Positions 27,683 to 35,123 of a DNA stretch of 64,000 bases are shown here, one piece after another. The notes below the pieces were generated by a model that was not told the DNA's origin, made no database searches, and saw only the letters and a list, made by a program, of their open reading frames with translations. Both the position numbers and the translations under genes were made by a program. Origin of the DNA: Fidelibacterota bacterium (GTDB lineage Bacteria > Fidelibacterota > Marinisomatia > SCGC-AAA003-L08 > D37C17); the NCBI GenBank assembly GCA_002718585.1, contig PBFG01000019.1, positions 33,086 through 97,085 on the forward strand, read 5' to 3'. The first letter of the stretch is position 1; every line of letters starts with the position of its first letter.

Positions 27683-28342
27683 ATGAAAAGATATATTTTG
27701 ATATTATTATTTTCAAATCTACTTGCAAATGTATTTGAATATTCACTTTTGGATTACAATACGACATCCCCTACCCATCAACTAGATGTTTGGTACCCGG
27801 AATATTCTAATCACATTACAATGCATTATTTTGCAACTCAAGGATGAGCGGGCTGAACCGCAACATTTGGACAGTTGTCCAACTTTCAAGAAGAATTAAA
27901 AAACGATTATGGCTTCGAAAATGTTGTAATCATAGCAATTGGCCAAACTAATATTAGTAGTTTTAATAATAGTTTTTGCGCAAATTCTGATTTACCTCTA
28001 GTCATGGATGAATTTCCTGAGCTTCCAATTAGAGAACAATTTTCGCCTTATGGCGAATCACATGATTTTATAATTGTCGATTATGATGGTAATTATTTAG
28101 ATCACATTAACTTTTTAAGTTTAGGAAATATTGAAAAAAATTATATAATCGACGTACTAGAAGATAATTACAACCAAATAGTTTTGGGTGATGTTAATGG
28201 TGATACATTCGTTAATATTCAAGATGTCATTTTACTCGTTAATATGATACTTAGTAATTCATCTGATAATGTAGATGTAAATGGAGATGGCTCTACTAAT
28301 ATTTTGGATGTTATACAGATAGTTAATATTATTTTAAATTGA
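27683..28342 (+). CDS. Secreted thioredoxin-fold protein with two in-frame TGA codons (candidate UxxU redox motif) and a C-terminal dockerin pair
   Basis: The ATG at 27683 gives MKRYILILLFSNLLANV.. and ITMHYFATQG-TGA-AG-TGA-TATFGQL, in frame with tracked ORF 27875..28342. Dockerin repeats GDVNGDTFVNIQDVILLVNMIL and VDVNGDGSTNILDVIQIVNIIL. Confidence 0.55.
27867..27882 (+). promoter_or_regulatory. SECIS-like hairpin downstream of TGAs 27845 and 27854
   Basis: UUGGAC-AGUU-GUCCAA, a 6 bp stem. The loop G lies 20 nt after the second UGA and 29 nt after the first. Confidence 0.4.
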
Positions 28343-28417
28343 ATCAATTTTTTATTCTAATTTTTAAAATTTAATTAAATCTCTTGTATTTAATTCAATT
28401 ATCACCTTAAATTAAAA

Positions 28418-28432
28418 CGTGCAAAACGTGCA
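28418..28432 (+). promoter_or_regulatory. CGTGCA-N3-CGTGCA direct repeat upstream of the 28458 gene
   Basis: cgtgcaaaacgtgca is a GC-rich island in an AT-rich spacer, 26 nt before the ATG. The same motif occurs twice upstream of proteorhodopsin. Confidence 0.35.
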
Positions 28433-28457
28433 ATTAAAAATTTATGGAGAATTTTAT

Positions 28458-29111
28458 ATGAGAGTTTTTTTAATGTTATTAATAACATCTTTTAGTTTTA
28501 GTCAATACGCTTACAGTCTAACTGATAATAATAGTTCATCTGATTATTACCTAGAAAATGTCGGTCCAGAATATTTTGAAAATCAAATAACCATGCATTA
28601 TTTTGGAAGCTTTACATGAGGTCTGTGTAATTCGCGGTTCGCGCAATTAAACACCTTATATGAGTCCTTACTTGATAGTGGATATGACCAAGTTAAACTT
28701 ATTGGAATAGGCTACAGTTATCAATCTAATTCTTACAGTAATTGGTCAAATTCAAATGAATTCTCATCAGTTTGTTATGATGATAGCAACAATCCTACTT
28801 TTAATAGCTGGGGAGCGAGTCAAAGAGATTTTTATGTTTTAGACCACGAAAAGAATCTTGTCCTGGAACAAAATATTTCTGGAGGATTACCTGATAATCT
28901 TGAATCCCTAATCATTAACCTAATAAGCGATATACCAAACGAAATAATTAATGGTGATTTTAACCAAGATGGAGTATTAAATGTAGTAGATGTTGTTTCA
29001 ATTATTAATTTAGTTTTAACTAATCAATATAATGAGATTGCTGATGTTAATAGTGATAATTTATTAAATGTAGTAGATATTGTAATGCTAGTTAATCTAA
29101 TAATATCCTAA
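28458..29111 (+). CDS. Secreted thioredoxin-fold protein with in-frame TGA (candidate Sec, UxxC) and a C-terminal dockerin pair
   Basis: MRVFLMLLITSFSFSQ signal peptide and ITMHYFGSFT-TGA-GLCNSRFAQL. The frame stays open to the TAA at 29109. Dockerin repeats GDFNQDGVLNVVDVVSIINLVL and ADVNSDNLLNVVDIVMLVNLII. The ORF track reports only the part before the TGA. Confidence 0.6.
28629..28648 (+). promoter_or_regulatory. SECIS-like hairpin downstream of TGA 28617
   Basis: AAUU-CGCG-GUU-CGCG-(C bulge)-AAUU. The loop G lies 20 nt after the U of UGA, with the same CGGUUCG core as the hairpin at 22621. Confidence 0.5.
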
Positions 29112-29116
29112 TATTT

Positions 29117-29773
29117 TTATTGATTGTTTAGATCACTGAAATCAATTGTTATATACAATCTTCTGTATTTCTCATCATAATATGGAGATCGATGTACGAG
29201 TCCCTGACCTTTGTTTCCTGACCATAGTTCACCCTTTAACAAAGCAACATCACCTATAGCTAAATGCTTAATATCTGTTTTACTCGAAAATAAGCCATCT
29301 TGGTCTTTACTAAATTTTTGATTAAATTTTAGTTTTCTCCTATCAATTAAATCATTTGGCAGCCATTCTGTACCTGGTCCATAATATGTTGTCAGCAATC
29401 TACATTTTAAATAATCAACATGAAATCTAGGACATGTTGCATTTGTTGAAATACCCATTCTTAACCAAACTTTCTTCAGTTCAAACATATTACAAAATAA
29501 TTCGGATAAATTAGATATATCATTAAATAAAAATATTTTATTTTGAGATTGACCTAATCTATTAACTAGAGCTTCATTTATTTCGTTATACTTGAGAACT
29601 TTTGAAAAGTCAAATTCTAAATTATCATTAATTATTTCTTCTGCACCAAAAGATATTGATTCATCCAATTTCCTTTTCCATAATGAAATATTATTTTTGT
29701 TATCAAAAATTTCTGATAGAACTATGGATTTTCTGTTAAAAATATTTTTTCTTAAAATTGTTTTATTAATCAC
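29117..29773 (-). CDS. Conserved hypothetical protein, DUF1826-like (frequent partner of COG0523 GTPases)
   Basis: Overlaps the upstream COG0523 gene by 4 nt. The family assignment is from memory of the pairing and of CPRFHVD..HRSP-type motifs, and is tentative. Confidence 0.5.
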   Translation of the reverse strand: MINKTILRKNIFNRKSIVLSEIFDNKNNISLWKRKLDESISFGAEEIINDNLEFDFSKVLKYNEINEALVNRLGQSQNKIFLFNDISNLSELFCNMFELKKVWLRMGISTNATCPRFHVDYLKCRLLTTYYGPGTEWLPNDLIDRRKLKFNQKFSKDQDGLFSSKTDIKHLAIGDVALLKGELWSGNKGQGLVHRSPYYDEKYRRLYITIDFSDLNNQ

Positions 29774-30969
29774 GAAATTTCATTCCATTCAGGAAATGGA
29801 TCATTAAATGTTTCCCAATGTTTTCTACCCATTAATAAGTCATCCGTAGATAATAAACAATCATCAAGGAGTTTAATAATTTTATTTTTTTCTAAACCTT
29901 GACCGATAAAAACTAATTCTTGACGCATGTCACCAAATGGTTCTACCCATTTTTCATCTATAAAATCTAATGTTTCTTGGTCTTCAGGCCAACGTTCTTT
30001 TGGTATCGCTTTCCAAAACATTCCAGCAAAACCATGGTGAGCTATTCCCCCCGCTTGATTCCAACTTCCCGCAAACATGGGCCGTGATGCGAGCCAAAAA
30101 AAACCTTTTGATCTAATTAATTTTCCAGCAATATCTTTACTGTGTAAAAAATTATGAAATTTTTCAGGATAAAAGGGTCTTCGAGCTTCGTAAACAAAAC
30201 TACTTATGCCATACTCTTCTGTTTCTGGTATATGTTCTCCATTCATTTCCTGCATCCATCCGGGTGCTTTTTGAGCTTTTTCAAAATCAAATAATCCAGT
30301 GTTTAAAATCTTATCAATTTTAATTCCTCCGTTTGAAATTGGAATGATTTCAGCATTTGTATTTAAAGTTTTTAAAATAGAAACTAATTTATTTATTTTT
30401 TTCTGATTCACTAAATCAATTTTACTAATTAGAATTATATCAGCAAATTCAACCTGATCGACTAATAGGTCCGCTACACTTCTATGATCATCTTCTCCCA
30501 GTGACTCACCAACTTCTTGAAGATATTTTGCTTCATCATAATCCTTCAAAAAATTTACTGCATCTACAACAGTTACCATTGTATCTAATTTAGATACATC
30601 TGAAAGCGATGTACCATTTTCATCTTCAAATATAAATGTTTCTGCAACTGGTAAAGGTTCAGATATACCCGTTGATTCAATTAATAAATAATCAAATTTA
30701 TTAGATTTAGCTAATTTGGAAACTTCGACTAATAAATCCTCTCTCAAGGTACAACATATACAACCATTACTCATTTCTACTAATTTTTCTTCTTTGTAAT
30801 CAAGTGAAACATCTTTTTGAATCATACTTTGATCTATATTAATTTCACTCATATCATTCACTATAACAGCAACTTTCTTTCCTTCTCGATTATTTAATAC
30901 ATTGGTTAATACTGTTGTTTTTCCTGCTCCTAAAAATCCTGATAGAACAGTTACAGGTAATCTCTCCAT
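29770..30969 (-). CDS. COG0523-family G3E GTPase (CobW/ZigA/YjiA-like zinc metallochaperone)
   Basis: P-loop GFLGAGKTT, metal-binding [10 protein letters not shown] (CxCC), ESTGISEP and a CobW_C-like tail. Confidence 0.88.
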   Translation of the reverse strand: MERLPVTVLSGFLGAGKTTVLTNVLNNREGKKVAVIVNDMSEINIDQSMIQKDVSLDYKEEKLVEMSNGCICCTLREDLLVEVSKLAKSNKFDYLLIESTGISEPLPVAETFIFEDENGTSLSDVSKLDTMVTVVDAVNFLKDYDEAKYLQEVGESLGEDDHRSVADLLVDQVEFADIILISKIDLVNQKKINKLVSILKTLNTNAEIIPISNGGIKIDKILNTGLFDFEKAQKAPGWMQEMNGEHIPETEEYGISSFVYEARRPFYPEKFHNFLHSKDIAGKLIRSKGFFWLASRPMFAGSWNQAGGIAHHGFAGMFWKAIPKERWPEDQETLDFIDEKWVEPFGDMRQELVFIGQGLEKNKIIKLLDDCLLSTDDLLMGRKHWETFNDPFPEWNEIS

Positions 30970-31018
30970 TAATACCTCCAGGTTATTAAAAAAAAATTAT
31001 ATTTAAATTAAAAGTTTA

Positions 31019-31033
31019 TGCAACTAAGTTGCA
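31019..31033. promoter_or_regulatory. Perfect 7-1-7 palindrome TGCAACT-A-AGTTGCA, candidate operator for the COG0523 operon
   Basis: Read directly from the sequence. It lies 50 nt upstream of the COG0523 start codon, in the divergent intergenic region. Confidence 0.4.
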
Positions 31034-31072
31034 ATTATTATTTATCCAAATAAATAAAAAAATAATTAAAAC

Positions 31073-31146
31073 TGCACGCTATGCACGTTTTTTTTTATTG
31101 CATATTTAATTTTAATCTTTTTAAATTACGCCGTGCTTTTCGTGCA
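31073..31146 (+). promoter_or_regulatory. Two inverted copies of the CGTGCA-N3-CGTGCA motif upstream of proteorhodopsin
   Basis: tgcacgctatgcacg (31073-31087) and cgtgcttttcgtgca (31132-31146), separated by 44 AT-rich nt. The second copy ends 37 nt before the ATG. Confidence 0.35.
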
Positions 31147-31182
31147 CATAGTAATTACTAAATAATTTAGGAGGTAAACTTA

Positions 31183-31872
31183 ATGGAATATTTAACATGG
31201 CTGGTTCCCGGCCACGAAAATTTCTTAGTAAGTTTCTCATTTTGGTTTGCAACAGCAATGATGCTTGCCGCAACAGCCTTTTTTTACGTTGAGAGAAGGG
31301 ACGTTAATGCTAAGTGGAAAACTTCACTTACAGTAGCAATGCTTGTTACAGGAATCGCATTTTGGCATTATTTATATATGACAGATTACTTTTTCGCAAC
31401 AGGTAACTCACCAATCGTCTTAAGATATGTTGATTGGTTAATAACAGTACCATTACAAATTGTAGAATTTTACTTGATACTTGCAGCAGTAACTACAGTA
31501 TCAAAATCATTATTCTGGCAATTATTAGTAGCATCACTTGTGATGTTAGTTGGTGGATTCTTAGGAGAAGCAGGATTAATGGCTAGAATGCCTGCCTTTG
31601 TAATAGGAATGCTTGGTTGGTTTGGAGTCTTATACCTTATATTCATGGGTGAGGCAGCAAAAGCTAACGACGCCAGTGGTAATGAAGCTGGACAAAAAGC
31701 ATTTAGTGCTTTAAAATGGATTGTACTAGTTGGTTGGGCAATGTATCCGATCGGCTACTATTTAGATGGTACAGGACATACAACAGATATCGTTTATAAC
31801 TTTGCTGACTTAGTTAATAAAGCAGCTTTTGGCCTTGTAATTTGGGCTGCAGCTAAATCAGATAAATCATAA
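31183..31872 (+). CDS. Proteorhodopsin, proton-pumping (DTE motif), blue-tuned (Gln at position 105)
   Basis: RYVDWLITVPLQIVEFYLIL gives D97, T101, Q105 and E108 by alignment to green PR. Schiff-base Lys is in FADLVNKAAFGLVIW and His is in AFWHYLYM. Strong RBS aggagg at 31169. Confidence 0.93.
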   Translation: MEYLTWLVPGHENFLVSFSFWFATAMMLAATAFFYVERRDVNAKWKTSLTVAMLVTGIAFWHYLYMTDYFFATGNSPIVLRYVDWLITVPLQIVEFYLILAAVTTVSKSLFWQLLVASLVMLVGGFLGEAGLMARMPAFVIGMLGWFGVLYLIFMGEAAKANDASGNEAGQKAFSALKWIVLVGWAMYPIGYYLDGTGHTTDIVYNFADLVNKAAFGLVIWAAAKSDKS

Positions 31873-31881
31873 ACGCCACCG

Positions 31882-31915
31882 AAAAAGGGAATTCGTTTTT
31901 TGAATTCCCTTTTTC
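31882..31915 (+). terminator. Rho-independent terminator/attenuator after proteorhodopsin
   Basis: AAAAAGGGAATTC-gtttttt-GAATTCCCTTTTT, a perfect 13 bp stem with a T-rich 3' side. Confidence 0.7.
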
Positions 31916-31923
31916 ACTTAACG

Positions 31924-32886
31924 ATGAATTATAAGATTTTAAACCAAAAAATTTCTTTTATATTTCTTCGAGTAACTTTTCTATTATTTGCCATTGCAGC
32001 TGTAGCACCTAATTTTAACAATTTAATACTTAACGACTACTTTTGTTCCTTTCTCATACTGACAATTGGATTATCTCATGGAGCTTTAGATAACCAAAAA
32101 GGTAAAATTGTCTTAGATTTTTTTAAATCCAATAAAATGTCGCTGTTTTATATTGCTTATGTGGCTTTTTCAATTATTGCAATCAGTTGCTGGTATAACT
32201 TTCCAACGATAAGCTTACTGACATTATTAATTATTGGACCCTATCACTTTGGTAAGGATGATTGTGATCTGTTTAAGATTAATAAATTTAGTTTTAGAAA
32301 TATAATTTTTTTTGTTAAGGGCACTGTAGTTATAAGTGCCCCACTTCTGTTTAATTTTAATGAAACAATTGATATATTTAAAATACTTTCATCAGATTCA
32401 AATTTTTTAATATCATCATTATTATACTTAAATGAAAATAATTTAATTTTATTTTTTGTATTATTTGGTTTTATCAGTTCAATATATCTTCCAAGAGATT
32501 TTTCAATTAAATTTTTATTGTACGTTGAATTTACATCTATTATTCTTTTAAACTATTTATTTAAGCCCTATGCAGCATTTACAATATATTTTTGTTTTCT
32601 TCATTCAATGAGGCATATAATTGTCTTGAATAAAAGCTTAAACTTATTAAAACCAAAAAATAAAAAACCAAAAACTTCAGTTTTTAATATATTCAATAAT
32701 TTTTATAAGCATGCATTAAAGTTAACTTTAATTTCATCCTTTATCTTTCTATCATGCATGTATGTGAGTTCAAATCTACTTTACGTTGATGATACTCTAT
32801 TAAAGATAATTTTTCCAGGCTTAGCTGCATTAACTCTACCTCATATAATTTTAGATTTCTTGTATGAAAAAATAAAAGCTTATTAG
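31924..32886 (+). CDS. blh: Brp/Blh-family beta-carotene 15,15'-dioxygenase (retinal synthesis)
   Basis: Polytopic membrane protein with four conserved His contexts (LSHGALD, GPYHFGKDD, FLHSMRH, LPHIILD), directly downstream of the rhodopsin. I prefer the ATG at 31924 because the tracked TTG at 31900 lies inside the terminator stem. Confidence 0.8.
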   Translation: MNYKILNQKISFIFLRVTFLLFAIAAVAPNFNNLILNDYFCSFLILTIGLSHGALDNQKGKIVLDFFKSNKMSLFYIAYVAFSIIAISCWYNFPTISLLTLLIIGPYHFGKDDCDLFKINKFSFRNIIFFVKGTVVISAPLLFNFNETIDIFKILSSDSNFLISSLLYLNENNLILFFVLFGFISSIYLPRDFSIKFLLYVEFTSIILLNYLFKPYAAFTIYFCFLHSMRHIIVLNKSLNLLKPKNKKPKTSVFNIFNNFYKHALKLTLISSFIFLSCMYVSSNLLYVDDTLLKIIFPGLAALTLPHIILDFLYEKIKAY

Positions 32887-33269
32887 TCTTTACTGATATA
32901 ATAAGCTAATCCGATCAAAACAAATTGTAGTGGTAACCTTACCCATGAAGCCATAAATGGAGTAATATTGATTAGTTTCTGAGGTACTTCATTAAATGCC
33001 AAGTATATATTAGCTGGATAAACTACAATTAACAGAATAATTAATGCATAGCATGCATATTTTCTATATTTTTTAAATAGTACCAATAATCCCAAAAATA
33101 TTTCAAAAAAACCACTCAGATAAACTAGTTCTAATCCAACAGAGTTTAAATACGGAGGTATAATATGTAAAAACCATCTAGGTTCTAAAAAATGTTTGAT
33201 TCCAACATTAACATAAAATATTGACATTAATACTAGTATTATATTTTTTATGGTTATCATATTATACAA
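32883..33269 (-). CDS. DoxX-like small membrane protein
   Basis: 128 aa with 4 TM helices. The resemblance to DoxX-like/COG4270 proteins is tentative. Confidence 0.45.
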   Translation of the reverse strand: MYNMITIKNIILVLMSIFYVNVGIKHFLEPRWFLHIIPPYLNSVGLELVYLSGFFEIFLGLLVLFKKYRKYACYALIILLIVVYPANIYLAFNEVPQKLINITPFMASWVRLPLQFVLIGLAYYISKD

Positions 33270-33322
33270 TTTATTACAAATTCATATTTTTTTTCTTTAG
33301 ATAATAAATATTATATTAAAAT

Positions 33323-34867
33323 ATGAAAATTTTACTTCTAAATACAATTATATGTTTTTCTTTATTATCAGCTGCTTTAGTAGATGATGAAATCTCATTA
33401 AAAGTAGCTCAAAATACTTTTATAAAATACCACCCCTCTAAAAATATTGATGAGTTTAATATTAAGAGTATTGATATCATTAAAAATCAAGATGATTCAT
33501 TAATTAAAATTTATCAATTAAACCCTACAGGTTTTATAATGGTATCTCTAGAAGATAAGACACTTCCTGTTCTTGCATATGGTTTTGAATCTAATTTCAA
33601 ATTGGTTGATATGCCAGATAACTTATCTTACATCATTAATTTATATAAAAATCAAATAATAGATGCTAGAAACTCTATTTCTGTCAGATCACAAGAAATA
33701 GAATCAGAATGGAACTCACTAATTACACCAAATAATAATGAAATTGATAGAGAAAGTTCTAGAAATGTAAGTCCACTTATAGATGCTAGATTTGATCAAG
33801 GTGGTGCTTGGAATAATGCTTTAATACAATTTGGCTTTAATGGTCCTGTTGGATGTGTAGCAGTATCTATGGCCCAAATTATGCACTACTGGGAATATCC
33901 AGAGCAAGGATCAGGTTCTAATTCATATGTTGAAGATGATTATGGTATTCTTGAAGCAAATTTTGGTCAAGCATTCTATGATTACAGTAGCATGGCAAAT
34001 ACTTATGCTACTTCTGCTTCTCAATTACTACTTCATCATTCAGGAATTTCGGTTAATATGGACTATGCAAATTCGGGTTCTGGAGCATATGTAACTGGTT
34101 CTTATCCCTCAGCTCAGTATGCATTAGAAACCTATTTTTTATATGATGATGGAGTTTATGCTGTAACAAAAGATAGCTATACAACCTCAGAATTTAGAGA
34201 TTTTCTTATTAATGAGCTAGATAACAATAGACCTATTTTATATAGTGGTTATAGTGATACTTACGGAAATGGTGGACATGCTTGGAATGTTGATGGATAT
34301 CAAGGTAATAGTGTTCATTGTAATTGGGGCTGGGGTGGTTCTAATAATGGATATTTTAATTTAAATACTATGGGTGGTTTTGAAGCAGACCAAACTGCTT
34401 TGATTAATCTAATTCCTCAGTCATATACTAATCCGTTAGCTTTATTTGAATATGAAATTGACGAGATGACTGCTATTTTTATAGACTTATCAGAATTTGT
34501 TAATGAAACCCAAATAAGTAGTTGGAACTGGGATTTTGGCGATGGCAATAGCGTTTCTAATAGCTATAGTTATGCTGAACACTCATATTCTAATCCTGGA
34601 GAATATGAAGTAAAACTTACAGTTACTAATATTTATGGACAAACAGGTGCTGAACATTCTGAGCTTATTCAAATAGGATCTCCTATTCTACCAGGTGATA
34701 TTAATATTGATGAACTAGTTAACATTTTAGATGTAGTAATGTTAATAAACTTTGTTTTGGGTTCAGTTAATCCTAGTGATGCAGAATTCAACTCTGGTGA
34801 TTATAATTTAGATGGTTTTCTAAATGTCCTAGATGTTGTATTGATTATTAACTTAATCCTTGATTAG
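33323..34867 (+). CDS. Secreted C10-family cysteine peptidase (streptopain-like) with Spi-type prodomain, PKD domain and C-terminal dockerin pair
   Basis: Catalytic Cys in GCVAVSMAQIMHYW and His in GGHAWNVDGY. PKD signature WNWDFGDGN...YEVKLTVTN. Dockerin repeats GDINIDELVNILDVVMLINFVLG and GDYNLDGFLNVLDVVLIINLIL. Confidence 0.85.
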   Translation: MKILLLNTIICFSLLSAALVDDEISLKVAQNTFIKYHPSKNIDEFNIKSIDIIKNQDDSLIKIYQLNPTGFIMVSLEDKTLPVLAYGFESNFKLVDMPDNLSYIINLYKNQIIDARNSISVRSQEIESEWNSLITPNNNEIDRESSRNVSPLIDARFDQGGAWNNALIQFGFNGPVGCVAVSMAQIMHYWEYPEQGSGSNSYVEDDYGILEANFGQAFYDYSSMANTYATSASQLLLHHSGISVNMDYANSGSGAYVTGSYPSAQYALETYFLYDDGVYAVTKDSYTTSEFRDFLINELDNNRPILYSGYSDTYGNGGHAWNVDGYQGNSVHCNWGWGGSNNGYFNLNTMGGFEADQTALINLIPQSYTNPLALFEYEIDEMTAIFIDLSEFVNETQISSWNWDFGDGNSVSNSYSYAEHSYSNPGEYEVKLTVTNIYGQTGAEHSELIQIGSPILPGDINIDELVNILDVVMLINFVLGSVNPSDAEFNSGDYNLDGFLNVLDVVLIINLILD

Positions 34868-35065
34868 TTAATTTTTTCCAATATTCTTTATTCTGTTATA
34901 AATATATATTAATATAAATAATATTAAGAAAAATACAATCACGTAACCAATTATATATAGCCCTACAATAAAAAGTATAATTGCAGAAAAAGGTTTTATT
35001 ACACTAAAAAAAAATATTTTTATTTTCTCTAAAAATGACTTATTTCTAATATCTAAATCTTTCAT
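34868..35065 (-). CDS. Small membrane protein, unknown
   Basis: 65 aa with one long hydrophobic stretch. Confidence 0.35.
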   Translation of the reverse strand: MKDLDIRNKSFLEKIKIFFFSVIKPFSAIILFIVGLYIIGYVIVFFLILFILIYIYNRIKNIGKN

Positions 35066-35071
35066 AATTAT

Positions 35072-35102
35072 AAAAAAAAACCTCTGTAAAAGAGGTTTTT
35101 TT
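35072..35102. terminator. Bidirectional rho-independent terminator downstream of the cox operon
   Basis: A-run, CCTCT-gtaaa-AGAGG stem, then a T-run (aaaaaaaaacctctgtaaaagaggttttttt). Confidence 0.65.
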
Positions 35103-35123
35103 AATTAATTTTGCTTCAACTAA

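Noticed and set aside
22608-28619. Genome-wide reassignment of TGA (code 4 Trp or code 25 Gly) as the explanation for the in-frame TGAs
   Set aside because: Many well-conserved genes in the window end at TGA at the expected protein length (for example aceE at 5166-5168 and lpdA at 7989-7991). The in-frame TGAs occur only at the redox-motif Cys positions of one paralogous family, each with a downstream hairpin. This pattern fits Sec recoding rather than a changed genetic code.
31183-31872. The rhodopsin being a Na+ (NDQ) or Cl- (NTQ) pump, or a sensory or xantho-type rhodopsin
   Set aside because: The helix C motif is D-T-E (DWLITVPLQIVE), with a carboxylate donor at the E108 equivalent, as in proton-pumping proteorhodopsins. 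No transducer gene is adjacent.
31900-31923. TTG start at 31900 for blh, as given by the ORF track
   Set aside because: These codons lie within the 3' arm of the strong terminator hairpin after proteorhodopsin. The in-frame ATG at 31924 gives a normal hydrophobic N-terminus.
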